A stretch of DNA of 64,000 nt. It comes from Candidatus Levyibacteriota bacterium. GTDB lineage: Bacteria; Patescibacteriota; Microgenomatia; Levybacterales; UBA12049. This document shows positions 17,962-27,862 of the stretch, piece by piece. Below the pieces are notes generated by a model, which saw only the letters and a program-made list of their open reading frames with translations, searched no databases and had not been told where the DNA came from. Location of the stretch: NCBI GenBank assembly GCA_963722305.1, contig CAVRKE010000002.1, positions 187,878 through 251,877 of the forward strand, given 5' to 3'. Positions within the stretch are counted from its first letter, which is position 1. The number at the start of each line of letters is the position of its first letter. Position numbers and translations under genes: made by a program.

Positions 17962-18372
17962 TTAAATCCTGCGCTTTTTTTCCGCTCTTGGTCCATTATG
18001 CGGAATTGGTGTAATGTCGGCGATAAGCGAGATGGATAGGCCTGCCGATTTTATGGCTCGTAGTGCCGAATCTCTCCCAGCACCGGGCCCTTTAATATAG
18101 ACCTCCACCGTTCTCATTCCTTTTTCGATGGCTTTTTTAGCAACACTTTCAACCGCGGTTGATGCCGCAAAAGGAGTTGATTTTCTGGTACCCTTAAAGC
18201 CGACTGCCCCGGCGCTGCTCCAGCCGACAGTTTCACCTTTATCGTTGGTGATTGTCACCAAAGTATTATTAAACGTTGCCGAAACGTAAACTTTTCCTTT
18301 TTCCGAAACAACCAACGTTGATTTCTTGGTTTTTGTTTTTACTGCTTTTGTTTGTATTTTGGTATCTGCCAT
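17962..18372 (-). CDS. rpsK: 30S ribosomal protein S11
   Basis: S11 signature; 136 aa. Confidence 0.9.
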   Translation of the reverse strand: MADTKIQTKAVKTKTKKSTLVVSEKGKVYVSATFNNTLVTITNDKGETVGWSSAGAVGFKGTRKSTPFAASTAVESVAKKAIEKGMRTVEVYIKGPGAGRDSALRAIKSAGLSISLIADITPIPHNGPRAEKKRRI

Positions 18373-18388
18373 ATACTATTTCTTACTA

Positions 18389-18784
18389 TTACTCAGTTAC
18401 TAATCCCATTTTTACTGCAGCCTCTTTCTTAATTGCTCCAATTGTCACCCTCTTACCTCTTTTGGTTCTGGCATTTGATTTTGTTCTTTGTCCTCTGACA
18501 GGCAGGTTCTTACTGTGCCTTGACCCTCGGTAAGACCCAATTTCTCTTAAGCGCTTAATATCTCCTTGAACTTCAACTCTTAGGTCTCCTTCAATTTTAT
18601 AGGTATCCAGAACGTCCTGGAGCCTTTTTTGTTCCACTTCGGAAAGAGTTTTTATCCTTTTGGCGGGGTCGATTTCGGACTTTTTTAAAATATCGACGGC
18701 ATTTTTCCTTCCCACGCCATACAGATAGGTTAAACCGATGTCTACTCTTTTTTCGTCCGGTAAATTAACTCCTGCAATTCTCAT
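18389..18784 (-). CDS. rpsM: 30S ribosomal protein S13
   Basis: MRIAGVNLP N-terminus. Confidence 0.9.
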   Translation of the reverse strand: MRIAGVNLPDEKRVDIGLTYLYGVGRKNAVDILKKSEIDPAKRIKTLSEVEQKRLQDVLDTYKIEGDLRVEVQGDIKRLREIGSYRGSRHSKNLPVRGQRTKSNARTKRGKRVTIGAIKKEAAVKMGLVTE

Positions 18785-18792
18785 AATACTAT

Positions 18793-18906
18793 TTAGCCTT
18801 GCCTTTGGTTATGCCTTGGATTATCACAAACTACCCTTAAGACCCCTCGTCTTTTGATAATTTTGCATTTTACGCATCTTGGTTTAATACTGGCTTGAAC
18901 TTTCAT
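18793..18906 (-). CDS. rpmJ: 50S ribosomal protein L36 (37 aa; below the ORF-track size cutoff)
   Basis: Translated by hand as [37 protein letters not shown], which matches the L36 zinc-ribbon consensus. Confidence 0.85.
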   Translation of the reverse strand: MKVQASIKPRCVKCKIIKRRGVLRVVCDNPRHNQRQG

Positions 18907-18909
18907 AGT

Positions 18910-19128
18910 TTATTTTAATCTGAACGTGATTCTGCCTTTTGTCTTGTCGTAAGGAGTCATTTCTACCCTGACTCTGTCTCCGGGCAAAATTTTAATAAAA
19001 TTCATCCGCATTTTGCCGGAAAGATGACAAAGAACTAAACCTCCGTTACTTAGCTCAACCCTAAACAAAGTGTTGGGCAAAGATTCTTTGACAACACCCT
19101 CCATTTCCATTGATCCCTGATGAGCCAT
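18910..19128 (-). CDS. infA: Translation initiation factor IF-1
   Basis: S1-like OB fold; 72 aa. Confidence 0.9.
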   Translation of the reverse strand: MAHQGSMEMEGVVKESLPNTLFRVELSNGGLVLCHLSGKMRMNFIKILPGDRVRVEMTPYDKTKGRITFRLK

Positions 19129-19280
19129 AAAATATTTCGACTTCGCTTAACATTAAATATTAATCGGTAATATTAATGGTGAGCATGTGCCGAACCATAA
19201 AATATAAATCCTAAATCCAAATTGCTTTGGAATTTAGAATTTGTAAAGTCAATTATAGCAAACAATCCCTAAAAGAGCAA

Positions 19281-20060
19281 TTATGGTGTTAGAATCTGCG
19301 GGCCGGATTTGGTAATAGCAACTGTTCTTTCGAAAAGGCCGGCTAAACTGCCGTCTTCTGTTTTTAATGTCCAACCGTCGTTATTTGCCAAAATCACTTC
19401 CGGACCACCCATGTTGTAAATTACCTCAATCGCAATGACCATACCTTCTTTGAGCTCCGGTGATTTTTCTATTTTGCCCTGTACGTAACCGGGCACCTCC
19501 GGCTCTTCGTGAAGCTCCCTGCCAACCCCATGGCCAACCAACGTTCTGACCACCGAATAGCCACCTTGGACCTCTACAATGTCTTGAATTGCCTTCGAAA
19601 TGTCTCCCACGTGGTTACCTACGACTGCCTTATTAATTCCTGCTTCCAAGGCTTTTTTCCCGCCTTCCAAAAATGTGTCCACTTCGTCCGACTTTTGACT
19701 TTTGACTTTTGACTTTTGACTTGAAACGCGAACCGTTTCCGACATATCGGTGTGGAAACCATTATAATAAACCCCACAATCAATACCGATAATGTCGCCA
19801 TCCTTTAATTTATAATTTGAAGGAATTCCGTGTACCACTACATCATTGGTAGAAATACAAGTGGCATGTTTGTATCCCGGCACTTTTTGAAAACCCGGCT
19901 CCCCACCTTTTTCCCTGATTAATTTTTCCGCCAAGGCGTCTAGTTCTATTTCCGAAACTCCCGGCCTGACGTGTTTTAACACTTCCCACAAAGTTTCGGA
20001 AAGAATTCTGCCCGACTCCTGCATTATTTTTATTTCTTCTGCTGTTTTAATGTTTATCAT
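19281..20060 (-). CDS. map: Methionine aminopeptidase type I, containing an internal lysine/serine-rich microsatellite-encoded insert
   Basis: MetAP pita-bread fold motifs. The insert SSQKSKVKSQKSDE is encoded by (GACTTTT)x4. Confidence 0.9.
   Translation of the reverse strand: MINIKTAEEIKIMQESGRILSETLWEVLKHVRPGVSEIELDALAEKLIREKGGEPGFQKVPGYKHATCISTNDVVVHGIPSNYKLKDGDIIGIDCGVYYNGFHTDMSETVRVSSQKSKVKSQKSDEVDTFLEGGKKALEAGINKAVVGNHVGDISKAIQDIVEVQGGYSVVRTLVGHGVGRELHEEPEVPGYVQGKIEKSPELKEGMVIAIEVIYNMGGPEVILANNDGWTLKTEDGSLAGLFERTVAITKSGPQILTP
19690..19723. repeat. 7-bp tandem repeat (GACTTTT)x4 plus a partial copy, inside the map coding sequence
   Basis: Counted directly. The unit length is not a multiple of 3, so a copy-number change would shift the frame. 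Confidence 0.9.
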
Positions 20061-20622
20061 CTTTAGTTTTTAATCTTTCAAGAAGCTTATCCAAACTTTT
20101 CTGTAAATCCTCAATTGAATCCGTGTTATTTTCTATAACGTAATCGGCAATGGCTATCGGACCGCCTTTATTTAAATTCTCTATTTCCGCAACATCTCTG
20201 CTATAGCTTTCTCCCAAAGGGATAGGACGAATGCTTCTCTGCGAAAGCCTTTCATATCTTTTCGCCGGTTCGGCAAAAACATGAATCAGCATTAAGTAGG
20301 GAAATTTTTGTTTCAAGTAAAAATATTCTTCCCAAGAATAAAGCCCGTCTAACACAATTGAATTATTCCCATTTAACATTCTTTCGATCGCCGGCGCCGT
20401 TTTAATGGCGTAAGCTTCCATACCCAATTCTTTCCTTATTTTCTCCCTGAACATTTTTTCATTTTCAGGATTTATCGAAAGACCCATTTCCTTAAGACCA
20501 TCGTCCGTTATTTGACCTAATCTTATCGATGGAATTCCCTTTTTCTGAAGATAAGCTGACGCTTCGCTCTTACCGGCCCCGGGCATCCCAACAAAAGCTA
20601 AAATTATTTTTGATTGTTGCAC
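20047..20622 (-). CDS. P-loop nucleotide/nucleoside kinase; archaeal-type cytidylate-kinase-like or dephospho-CoA-kinase-like
   Basis: Walker A motif GMPGAGKS. Positioned after adk as in archaeal spc operons. Specific substrate uncertain. Confidence 0.6.
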   Translation of the reverse strand: MQQSKIILAFVGMPGAGKSEASAYLQKKGIPSIRLGQITDDGLKEMGLSINPENEKMFREKIRKELGMEAYAIKTAPAIERMLNGNNSIVLDGLYSWEEYFYLKQKFPYLMLIHVFAEPAKRYERLSQRSIRPIPLGESYSRDVAEIENLNKGGPIAIADYVIENNTDSIEDLQKSLDKLLERLKTKDDKH

Positions 20623-20626
20623 GTTA

Positions 20627-21181
20627 CTAATTCTTCTCTATTTTGGACAGGATTTCCTGGAAAATTTCCTCGATTGTCTGCTCGCCGTTAACTTCCAGCA
20701 AAATTCCTTTGCTTCGGTAATAATCCAAAATCGGTTCTGTCAACGTATGGAAAAGGGCAATTCTTTTTTGTATCGCTTCCGGCGTTTCGTCTTCCCTGGC
20801 GGCAACTCTTTTGGAAATCCTTTTTAAGGCCTCCTTATCGGAAACCCGCAGGTAAATAACTTTATTAACTCCATTCTTGAATGCTTCGGCCTGAGCAGAG
20901 GTTCTCGGAAAACCGTCGAGAATAAAACCATTTTGGTATTCGGGACGGGAAAGGTATTCGTTAATTAACTGCAAGACTCTTTCATCGGGGATTAAATTCC
21001 CGGCGTTCATGGTTTCTTTGATATATTTTCCATCCGCAGTTTCTTCCTTGGCGATTTTCCTAAAAATGTCACCGGTGGAAAGATATGGAACTTTAAGCTT
21101 TTCCGAGAGCAAATTTCCTTGCGTTGATTTTCCCGAACCCTGTATGCCAATCAAAATTAATTTCATAGTGAGCAAAATCAA
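20627..21181 (-). CDS. adk: Adenylate kinase (short form without a zinc lid)
   Basis: GIQGSGKSTQ P-loop and DGFPRT motif. Confidence 0.9.
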   Translation of the reverse strand: MILLTMKLILIGIQGSGKSTQGNLLSEKLKVPYLSTGDIFRKIAKEETADGKYIKETMNAGNLIPDERVLQLINEYLSRPEYQNGFILDGFPRTSAQAEAFKNGVNKVIYLRVSDKEALKRISKRVAAREDETPEAIQKRIALFHTLTEPILDYYRSKGILLEVNGEQTIEEIFQEILSKIEKN

Positions 21182-21185
21182 ACTG

Positions 21186-22472
21186 CTATTTTGAAAAGCC
21201 TTCGTAATTTCTCATCACCAGCTGCGCCTCAATGGCTTTAATTGTTTCCAAAACTACCGAAACAACGATTAAAATTCCCGTTCCGCCGAGTACCAAATTC
21301 TGCATGCCGGTGAAAAACCTTGCTATAGTTGGAAAAATAGCAATCACACCTAAAAATAATGCCCCGGCCAGAGTAATACGTGTCAAAATATAATTTAGGT
21401 AATTGGCTGTGGGTGTGCCCGGCCTAATTCCCGGAATAAATCCACCGTACTTCTGGATTTCATCGGCGATTTTCTTGGGATTAAAAACCACTGCCGTATA
21501 AAAATAGGTGAAGCCGACAACCAAGATGAAGTATACTCCGTTATACAAAATGCTCGTCGGACTGAACCAAAGTGCAATTGATGAACCGATATTATGAAGC
21601 AGAGCAACGTGCGAAACCGAAAGATAATTGGCAACCAACGATGGCAGTAAAACCAAAGAAACGGCAAAAATAATCGGGATTACTCCCGCCTGGTTAAGTC
21701 TTAATGGTAAATGGGTTGACTGTCCTCCATACATTTTGTTGCCTCTTACTTGTTTTGCGTAGTAAACAGTAATCTGCCTGGTTGCCTCATTAATAATCAC
21801 AATTGAACCGATGACTAAAACTGCCATTGCCGCAAAAACGATGATGTTGAAAAAGTTTTGAGCATTAACGGTAGTGGCCGTTTGCGTAAAAGTCACGGGT
21901 AGTCTGGAAATAATTCCCGCAAAAATCAAAAGAGAAATGCCGTTGCCAATCCCCCGTTCCGTAATCAGTTCCCCCAGCCAAACCAAAAACATTGTCCCGG
22001 CAGCCATGGTGACTGTCAGAGAAACCAAGCTAAGAATATTTAAATTTACAATAATCCCCTGATTCCTTAGTAGGGCATACATTCCGATTGCCTGAAGTAT
22101 TGCTAGAGGAACGGTCATCATTCTGGCGTATTGGTTGACTTTCTGCCTGCCTGCCTCTCCTTCTTTTTGCAGTTCTTCCAGTTTTGGAAAAACCATGGTA
22201 AGAAGCTGCAAAATAATCGTGGCGTTAATGTACGGATTTAATCCGAGAGCCATTATGGAAAAATTAGCCAGAGTTCCTCCGGAAAAAACATCTAGGAGTG
22301 CTAAGAATTGGTTTTGAGAAAAAAGTGATTGCAACTCGGCAACATTAACACCGGGAACGGGGATGTGGGCAAAAATTCTGGCAACGACAAAAATAAAACC
22401 TGTAAACAATATCTTTTTTCTGACATCAGGCGACTTAAAACTATTTTTGAAAATAGCCAGAATCTTATCCAT
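21186..22472 (-). CDS. secY: Preprotein translocase subunit SecY
   Basis: Ten-transmembrane SecY profile; 428 aa. Confidence 0.9.
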   Translation of the reverse strand: MDKILAIFKNSFKSPDVRKKILFTGFIFVVARIFAHIPVPGVNVAELQSLFSQNQFLALLDVFSGGTLANFSIMALGLNPYINATIILQLLTMVFPKLEELQKEGEAGRQKVNQYARMMTVPLAILQAIGMYALLRNQGIIVNLNILSLVSLTVTMAAGTMFLVWLGELITERGIGNGISLLIFAGIISRLPVTFTQTATTVNAQNFFNIIVFAAMAVLVIGSIVIINEATRQITVYYAKQVRGNKMYGGQSTHLPLRLNQAGVIPIIFAVSLVLLPSLVANYLSVSHVALLHNIGSSIALWFSPTSILYNGVYFILVVGFTYFYTAVVFNPKKIADEIQKYGGFIPGIRPGTPTANYLNYILTRITLAGALFLGVIAIFPTIARFFTGMQNLVLGGTGILIVVSVVLETIKAIEAQLVMRNYEGFSK

Positions 22473-22482
22473 TTATTTTAAA

Positions 22483-22938
22483 TTACTTTTTTGTTTCGAG
22501 TTCGACTCGACCGCCCGCCTTTTCGATTTTCTTAGCTGCTTTTTTGGAAATCGGTAATTTGATCGTTAAAGCATTTTTTAGCTCGCCGTCTCCCAAGATT
22601 TTTACTCCATATTCTAAAGCTTCCTTTTCATCAACTAGATGACTGACTATCAAAGTCTTTAAATCAACCACGCTATTTTGCTTTAGAATATTCAGATACT
22701 TGATGTTAATGATAATTGGATTTTTTTTGAATACTTTATTTTTACCCTTGCCTCTTCTAAAGGGGAGTCTTTTAATTAAAGGCAACGCGCCGCCTTCAAA
22801 AGTTAAGGCTCTCCTGCTTCTGGCATTTTGTCCTTTCGTTCCTCTGCCCGCAGTTTTGACACGGCCCGAGCCATGTCCCTGCCCGAGCCTTTTTTTCGGC
22901 TTGGCTGTTGCTTTTACTAAATTATTTAACTGCATTTT
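22483..22938 (-). CDS. rplO: 50S ribosomal protein L15
   Basis: GQGHGSGRVKTAGRGTKGQ motif. The likely start is MQLNNL. Confidence 0.85.
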   Translation of the reverse strand, partial: KMQLNNLVKATAKPKKRLGQGHGSGRVKTAGRGTKGQNARSRRALTFEGGALPLIKRLPFRRGKGKNKVFKKNPIIINIKYLNILKQNSVVDLKTLIVSHLVDEKEALEYGVKILGDGELKNALTIKLPISKKAAKKIEKAGGRVELETKK

Positions 22939-23434
22939 TCTCCTTTCTCCTGTTTTCTCTCTCAAATCTCTCTGCCAGTCTTTTTAAAGCCTCAATCGTT
23001 GCATAAACATTACTGGCCTGATTATCTGTTCCTAAAACCTTGGATGAAATATTTTCTATTCCGGCCAAAGAAACAACGCTTCTCACCGCTCCTCCGGCAA
23101 TTACTCCGCTGCCTTTAGGGGCCGGCTTTAAAAGAACTTTGGCCGCACCCAATTTTATGTAAAACTCGAAGGGAATTGTTCCGTTAGTAATTGGAATATG
23201 AATGGCGTGCTTTTTGGCTAAAGTCACACCTTTTTTAATGGCTGATGAAACATCTCCGGCTTTTCCTAAGCCCACGCCGACTTTTCCCTTTTTATCTCCC
23301 ACGACTATCAGAGCGGCAAAGCCAATTTTATTTCCGCCTTGGGTTTTTTTGGAAACCCTGTTTATTTGGACTATTTGTTCTTCAAATCCATCCTGACTCG
23401 GTTGTCTTTCAAATTTTTTCGAATTGTTATCCAT
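22922..23434 (-). CDS. rpsE: 30S ribosomal protein S5
   Basis: S5 dsRBD plus C-terminal domain. No L30 gene lies between S5 and L15. Confidence 0.9.
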   Translation of the reverse strand: MDNNSKKFERQPSQDGFEEQIVQINRVSKKTQGGNKIGFAALIVVGDKKGKVGVGLGKAGDVSSAIKKGVTLAKKHAIHIPITNGTIPFEFYIKLGAAKVLLKPAPKGSGVIAGGAVRSVVSLAGIENISSKVLGTDNQASNVYATIEALKRLAERFERENRRKEKNAVK

Positions 23435-23779
23435 TTAGAATTTCAGCCCTCCTTCTCTGGCTCCCTCGGCAACTGCCTTCACTCTTCCGTGATAGCGATA
23501 CGGACCACGGTCGAAAACTATCTTATCAATTTTTTTAATCAGCGCTTTTTTGGCAATTAATTTTCCCAAAGCTTTCGCTCTTTCGCTTTTACTCAGTTTC
23601 TCTTTTAACGACAGCTCTTTTTCCACAGCGCCCAGCAAGGTTTTCCCTTTTTCATCATCAATTAACTGGGCATAAATATATTTATTTGAGCGAAAGACAG
23701 TCAACCTTGGTTTAGCCAAAATTCCTTTCGCTTTTGCCCTCACTCTGGTCTGCTTTTTTTGTTGTCTGGTTTTTTTCAT
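23435..23779 (-). CDS. rplR: 50S ribosomal protein L18
   Basis: L18 signature; 114 aa. Confidence 0.9.
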   Translation of the reverse strand: MKKTRQQKKQTRVRAKAKGILAKPRLTVFRSNKYIYAQLIDDEKGKTLLGAVEKELSLKEKLSKSERAKALGKLIAKKALIKKIDKIVFDRGPYRYHGRVKAVAEGAREGGLKF

Positions 23780-23809
23780 AAGTTATAATCCTCAAAGCTT
23801 ATCGAAGGA

Positions 23810-24454
23810 CTACTTCGCTCCTGCTGCTCCTCCTACCGCTTTGGCCGCTTTGCCTGCTTTACGTCTAATTCTCTCCCCTACATATTTTATACCTTTTCCC
23901 TTGTACGGTTCGGGGGGTCTTACAGAGCGTACTTTTGCCGCGACATCACCAATCATTGCTTTATCTGTTCCGGAAATTGTAATAATATTTTCTTCAACCG
24001 TAAAAGTTATTTTCTGGTCCGCTTTGATAATAACCGGGTGAGAAAATCCAACCGACAGAGTAAGGATATTTCCCGAAGCCTGCGCCCGATATCCAACTCC
24101 GGAAAGCTCCAATTTTCTTTCAAATCCATCGGAGACTCCTTTGACTAAATTGTTTAGCATCGCTCGCGTTAAGCCAAACAAAGCGTTGGTTTCGACATCA
24201 TTCTTCTTTGCTTGAGAAACCAGTATTTGCCCTTCCCCGCCCGCATCGCCTTGCCCGTCTGCCATCAGGCTTGAGCCATCAGGCGATTGCCGGACAGGCG
24301 AAGCATGGCTGGCAGGCTTCAATTCGGCTTTTATTCCGACCGGCATCACAAACGACAGCTGTCCTTTCGGACCGCTCACTGTAACATTTTGTCCGGCGAT
24401 ATTGACTGTGACTCCTGGTTTTACTGTAACTGGTTTTTTCGCTATTTTTGACAT
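23810..24454 (-). CDS. rplF: 50S ribosomal protein L6 with a ~30-aa G/S/P/A-rich insertion
   Basis: The L6 duplicated domain is interrupted by KPASHASPVRQSPDGSSLMADGQGDAGGEGQ, encoded by a GC-rich stretch containing the internal repeat ccatcagg(c). Confidence 0.85.
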   Translation of the reverse strand: MSKIAKKPVTVKPGVTVNIAGQNVTVSGPKGQLSFVMPVGIKAELKPASHASPVRQSPDGSSLMADGQGDAGGEGQILVSQAKKNDVETNALFGLTRAMLNNLVKGVSDGFERKLELSGVGYRAQASGNILTLSVGFSHPVIIKADQKITFTVEENIITISGTDKAMIGDVAAKVRSVRPPEPYKGKGIKYVGERIRRKAGKAAKAVGGAAGAK

Positions 24455-24462
24455 AAGTTAAA

Positions 24463-24864
24463 TTACCAAACGGAAAAGAGAATTTCTCCTCCTAAGTCCT
24501 TTTTGCTGGCTTCCAGTGCCGTCATTACCCCCTGACTGGTTGAAACTATTACTTTCTTCCTTCCCCGTCTACCTACTTCAAGAATTCTCTTTGCCGGAAG
24601 GTAAACTCGAAGTGAGGGTTTAGAAATAACCTCAACGTCGGTTAGAACCGGAATTCGACTGTCATAACGTATAACGGCTCTTAATGACTTTCTTCCCTTT
24701 TGTGTCTCTTCTTTGATGCTCTCCAAAAATCCTTCCTTGACCAGCACTTTTCCAATCTCCTTGTTAATATTTGAAAACGGAAGAAGCACTTCTTTTCTTT
24801 TGGAAAGAGTGCTATTTTTAATTCTAATAATAAAATCGGCAATTAAATAATTCATACCTTCCAA
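24463..24864 (-). CDS. rpsH: 30S ribosomal protein S8
   Basis: S8 signature; 133 aa. Confidence 0.9.
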   Translation of the reverse strand: MEGMNYLIADFIIRIKNSTLSKRKEVLLPFSNINKEIGKVLVKEGFLESIKEETQKGRKSLRAVIRYDSRIPVLTDVEVISKPSLRVYLPAKRILEVGRRGRKKVIVSTSQGVMTALEASKKDLGGEILFSVW

Positions 24865-25050
24865 CTACCAGGTCGCTTTGACAACTCCCGGGAGCTCTCC
24901 TTTCTGGGCCAACTCCCTAAAGCAAATTCTACAAATACCAAATCTGCGCATATAAGCTCTGGACCTTCCGCAGAGATTGCATCTGTTTTTTTCTCTGGTT
25001 GTAAATTTTTGTTTTTGTTGCGACCGAGCAACATTTGATTTTTTTGCCAT
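24865..25050 (-). CDS. rpsZ: 30S ribosomal protein S14 type Z (zinc-binding)
   Basis: 61 aa with CNLCGR...CRIC cysteine pairs. Confidence 0.9.
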   Translation of the reverse strand: MAKKSNVARSQQKQKFTTREKNRCNLCGRSRAYMRRFGICRICFRELAQKGELPGVVKATW

Positions 25051-25053
25051 ACT

Positions 25054-25605
25054 TTATTTACTGAAAGGCATCCCTAGTGCCTTTAACAATTCATATCCCT
25101 GATTATCATCTTTGGCTGTCGTGACGATTGAAACTTCCAATCCTTGAACTTTATCAACCTTACTGGCATCTATTTCCGGGAAAACCGTACTTTCGGCAAA
25201 ACCCAAGGTATAATTTCCATGTCCGTCAAAACTTTCTCTTCTGACCCCGTGGAAATCTCTGAATCTTGGAAAGATGATTGTAACCAATTTCTGGTAAAAA
25301 TCATACATCCTTTTTCCCCGCAGCGTTACCATCAGGGCGATTTCTTCTCCCTCTCTTAATTTAAAAGACGAAATTGATTTTTTGGCTTTCATCACTTTTG
25401 GCTTTTGTCCGGTGACTTGAGCCATAATTTCCGCACCCTTTTCAAGGTTCTTTTTATCAGCCAGTACGTCTTTTACTCCCATATTGACTACGATCTTAGA
25501 TAAGGTCGGAACCGCATTGACGTTTTTTATCCCCAAAGATGTTTCCAATTGTTTAGCTATTTCCGTTTTAAATTTATCTTGTAAAGTATTTACAACATTA
25601 TTCAT
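25054..25605 (-). CDS. rplE: 50S ribosomal protein L5
   Basis: L5 signature; 183 aa. Confidence 0.9.
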   Translation of the reverse strand: MNNVVNTLQDKFKTEIAKQLETSLGIKNVNAVPTLSKIVVNMGVKDVLADKKNLEKGAEIMAQVTGQKPKVMKAKKSISSFKLREGEEIALMVTLRGKRMYDFYQKLVTIIFPRFRDFHGVRRESFDGHGNYTLGFAESTVFPEIDASKVDKVQGLEVSIVTTAKDDNQGYELLKALGMPFSK

Positions 25606-25907
25606 ATTTCCGAATTACACTTCTTACAAATTCTTAACTTATTATTCTTTTCAATCTTGTATCCAACTCTTGTTTCCTTATGACACTTAGGACAAACTAA
25701 TATGACATTTTCTTCCGGCAATGGTTTTGTCAGAGTGATAATCTCCGAAGGTTTGGTTTCAGAACGGGCCTTTAAGTGCCTTTTATAAAGATTAACGTTT
25801 GACACCAAAACCTTACTAACTTTTGGAAAAACCCGGTCAATTTTTCCTGTTTTCCCTTTATCTTTTCCTTTTATAACTTTTATATTATCTCCCTTTTTTA
25901 GTTTCAT
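25602..25907 (-). CDS. rplX: 50S ribosomal protein L24 with a C-terminal C4 zinc-ribbon extension
   Basis: KOW motif at the N-terminus; CPKCH...CKKCN at the C-terminus. Confidence 0.85.
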   Translation of the reverse strand: MKLKKGDNIKVIKGKDKGKTGKIDRVFPKVSKVLVSNVNLYKRHLKARSETKPSEIITLTKPLPEENVILVCPKCHKETRVGYKIEKNNKLRICKKCNSEI

Positions 25908-25942
25908 ATTCTTACTTTATAAACATTATGACTTTATAAACT

Positions 25943-26317
25943 TTAAACTACTTCGACAGCCATACTGGCAATCTTGGCAAAACCTCTATCTTTAATCTCC
26001 CTGGCAATCGGCCCGAAAATTCTGGTTCCTCTTGGATTTTTATCCTGTGCATTGTCAATCACTACTCCGGCGTTATCTGAAAACCTAATATATGAACCGT
26101 CTGCCCGCTTATGCTCTTTTGCACACCTTACTAAAACTACTTTTACTATTTCCCCTTCTTTAACCTGGCCCGTCGGAATCGCTTCTTTGACAACACAATT
26201 TAAAACGTCCCCAAGAAAGCCGAATTTTCTTTTGTGTCCGCCGAAAATATGAATTACCTGCAAAACTCTTGCTCCGGAATTATCCGCCACTTTTAGCATT
26301 GTTCTGTGTTGAATCAT
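25943..26317 (-). CDS. rplN: 50S ribosomal protein L14
   Basis: L14 signature; 124 aa. Confidence 0.9.
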   Translation of the reverse strand: MIQHRTMLKVADNSGARVLQVIHIFGGHKRKFGFLGDVLNCVVKEAIPTGQVKEGEIVKVVLVRCAKEHKRADGSYIRFSDNAGVVIDNAQDKNPRGTRIFGPIAREIKDRGFAKIASMAVEVV

Positions 26318-26553
26318 TTTATTACCTCCAAGACTTTAAAGAATTTTCCTTTCGAAATCGGGCGGTTTTGGGCAATCTTTACATTTTGACCAACTGCCAG
26401 ATTCAAATCTCCGCTATCTGCTTTATATCTACTGCTCTTTGTGAGTAGCTTCCGATAAAGCGGGTGCGGATTTCGTCTAACCACTTCCACCACCACTGTT
26501 TTGTTCATTTTTACTGAAACTATTTTTCCTTTAAACGTTTTCTGCATTTGCAA
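26314..26553 (-). CDS. rpsQ: 30S ribosomal protein S17
   Basis: OB fold; 79 aa. Confidence 0.9.
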   Translation of the reverse strand: MQMQKTFKGKIVSVKMNKTVVVEVVRRNPHPLYRKLLTKSSRYKADSGDLNLAVGQNVKIAQNRPISKGKFFKVLEVIK

Positions 26554-26746
26554 TCTCCTTTTCTCTTAAGCTCGTCAGGATAAGCGCAATCTCTTTTTTC
26601 TTCCAAAAAATTTGCCTTGTATTTTTCAGTTTATTTTGCCTATTATCCAAAACCAAATTGAATAAGGCTTCTTTTGCTTCTTTTAGAGCTTTTTTTAATT
26701 CTTTTTCCGATTTTGTGAATAATTCTTTTTTATCTTTACTTTTCAT
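26531..26746 (-). CDS. rpmC: 50S ribosomal protein L29
   Basis: Helical, 71 aa, in the expected position. Confidence 0.8.
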   Translation of the reverse strand: MKSKDKKELFTKSEKELKKALKEAKEALFNLVLDNRQNKLKNTRQIFWKKKEIALILTSLREKEIANAENV

Positions 26747-26773
26747 AGTATAGTGCCTTTGGCAAATTTAATC

Positions 26774-27184
26774 TTAGTTGTTTTTTTCGACAATCATGGT
26801 TTTAACGTTCAATTTTTGAGCAGCTAACCGTAAGGCCGCAAAAGCGATCTCTTTGGTTACCCCTCCCATTTCAAAAAGGACCCTTCCCGGTTTAACCGGT
26901 GCGACAAATTCATAAACGTCACCTTTACCCGAGCCCATTCTGGTTTCGGCCGGCTTTTTGGTAATTGGCTTATCCGGAAATATTCTTATCCAAACCCTTC
27001 CGCCTCTTTGTGTGTAATGGGTGATGGCTTTTCTGGCCGCTTCAATTTGTCTGGACGTAACCCAGGCTGTGCCTTCACTCATCAAGCCAAATTCTCCAAA
27101 AGCCACCGTTGTTCCCCTGGTTGCATTCCCTTTCATCATTCCTCTTTGTTGTTTTCTGTATTTTGCTCTTTTTGGTACTAACAT
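26774..27184 (-). CDS. rplP: 50S ribosomal protein L16
   Basis: L16 signature; 136 aa. Confidence 0.9.
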   Translation of the reverse strand: MLVPKRAKYRKQQRGMMKGNATRGTTVAFGEFGLMSEGTAWVTSRQIEAARKAITHYTQRGGRVWIRIFPDKPITKKPAETRMGSGKGDVYEFVAPVKPGRVLFEMGGVTKEIAFAALRLAAQKLNVKTMIVEKNN

Positions 27185-27212
27185 ATTATTATCTTAAGTT
27201 TAACCGAACGGA

Positions 27213-27862
27213 TTATTTTTCCTCCGGTTTATTAATCCAAACTTTTACTCCGATATAACCTTTTTTAGTTAATGCCGGGCTGCTGGCATAACTGATATTT
27301 TCCCTAATCGTTGATAACGGAACCGTGCCGACCTGCAATTTTTCTCTTCTGGAAATTTCCGCTCCGCCCACTCTTCCCGACAAAACTATTCTGACTCCTT
27401 TAGCGCCTGCTCCCATCACTTTTTCGACGGTTGACGTCAAAACTCTTTTTGCCGGCAGCCTTTTCACCAACTGCTCCGAAATATTTTTGGCGACTAAATA
27501 TGCATCAAGGTTTGGTTCTTTAACCGGCTCAACTCTGATATCAAGTTTGGATTGGTTTTTGACATTTGATCTTTTTAACCAAATTGTTCTGAATAAAGGT
27601 CTTCAGTTCCTCAAGCCCCGTTCCACCTCTGCCGATAACCATTCCGGGCTTGGAAACATAAGCCGTAATTCTTAAGATTATTGATTGACCTCTCAATCTC
27701 GATTTCCGAAATTCCGGCCGGCCTTAATCTCTCCATTAAAGATTTCCTGATTTTGAAATCTTCTAAGAGAGTCGTTTTGTATCCTTTGTCGTCAAACCAA
27801 CGGCTACTCCAGTTATAAATTGTGCCTATTCTAATTACTTTTGGGTTAACTTTCTGTCCCAT
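27213..27862 (-). CDS. rpsC: 30S ribosomal protein S3; interrupted by two +1 frameshifts in this sequence
   Basis: N-terminal ORF 27611-27862 and C-terminal ORF 27213-27470. The middle segment (ITAYVSKPGMVIGRGGTGLEELK...) reads in a third frame. Both shifts are explained by an extra A in A-runs (aagAatt near 27662; caaaaAcc near 27560). Confidence 0.8.
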
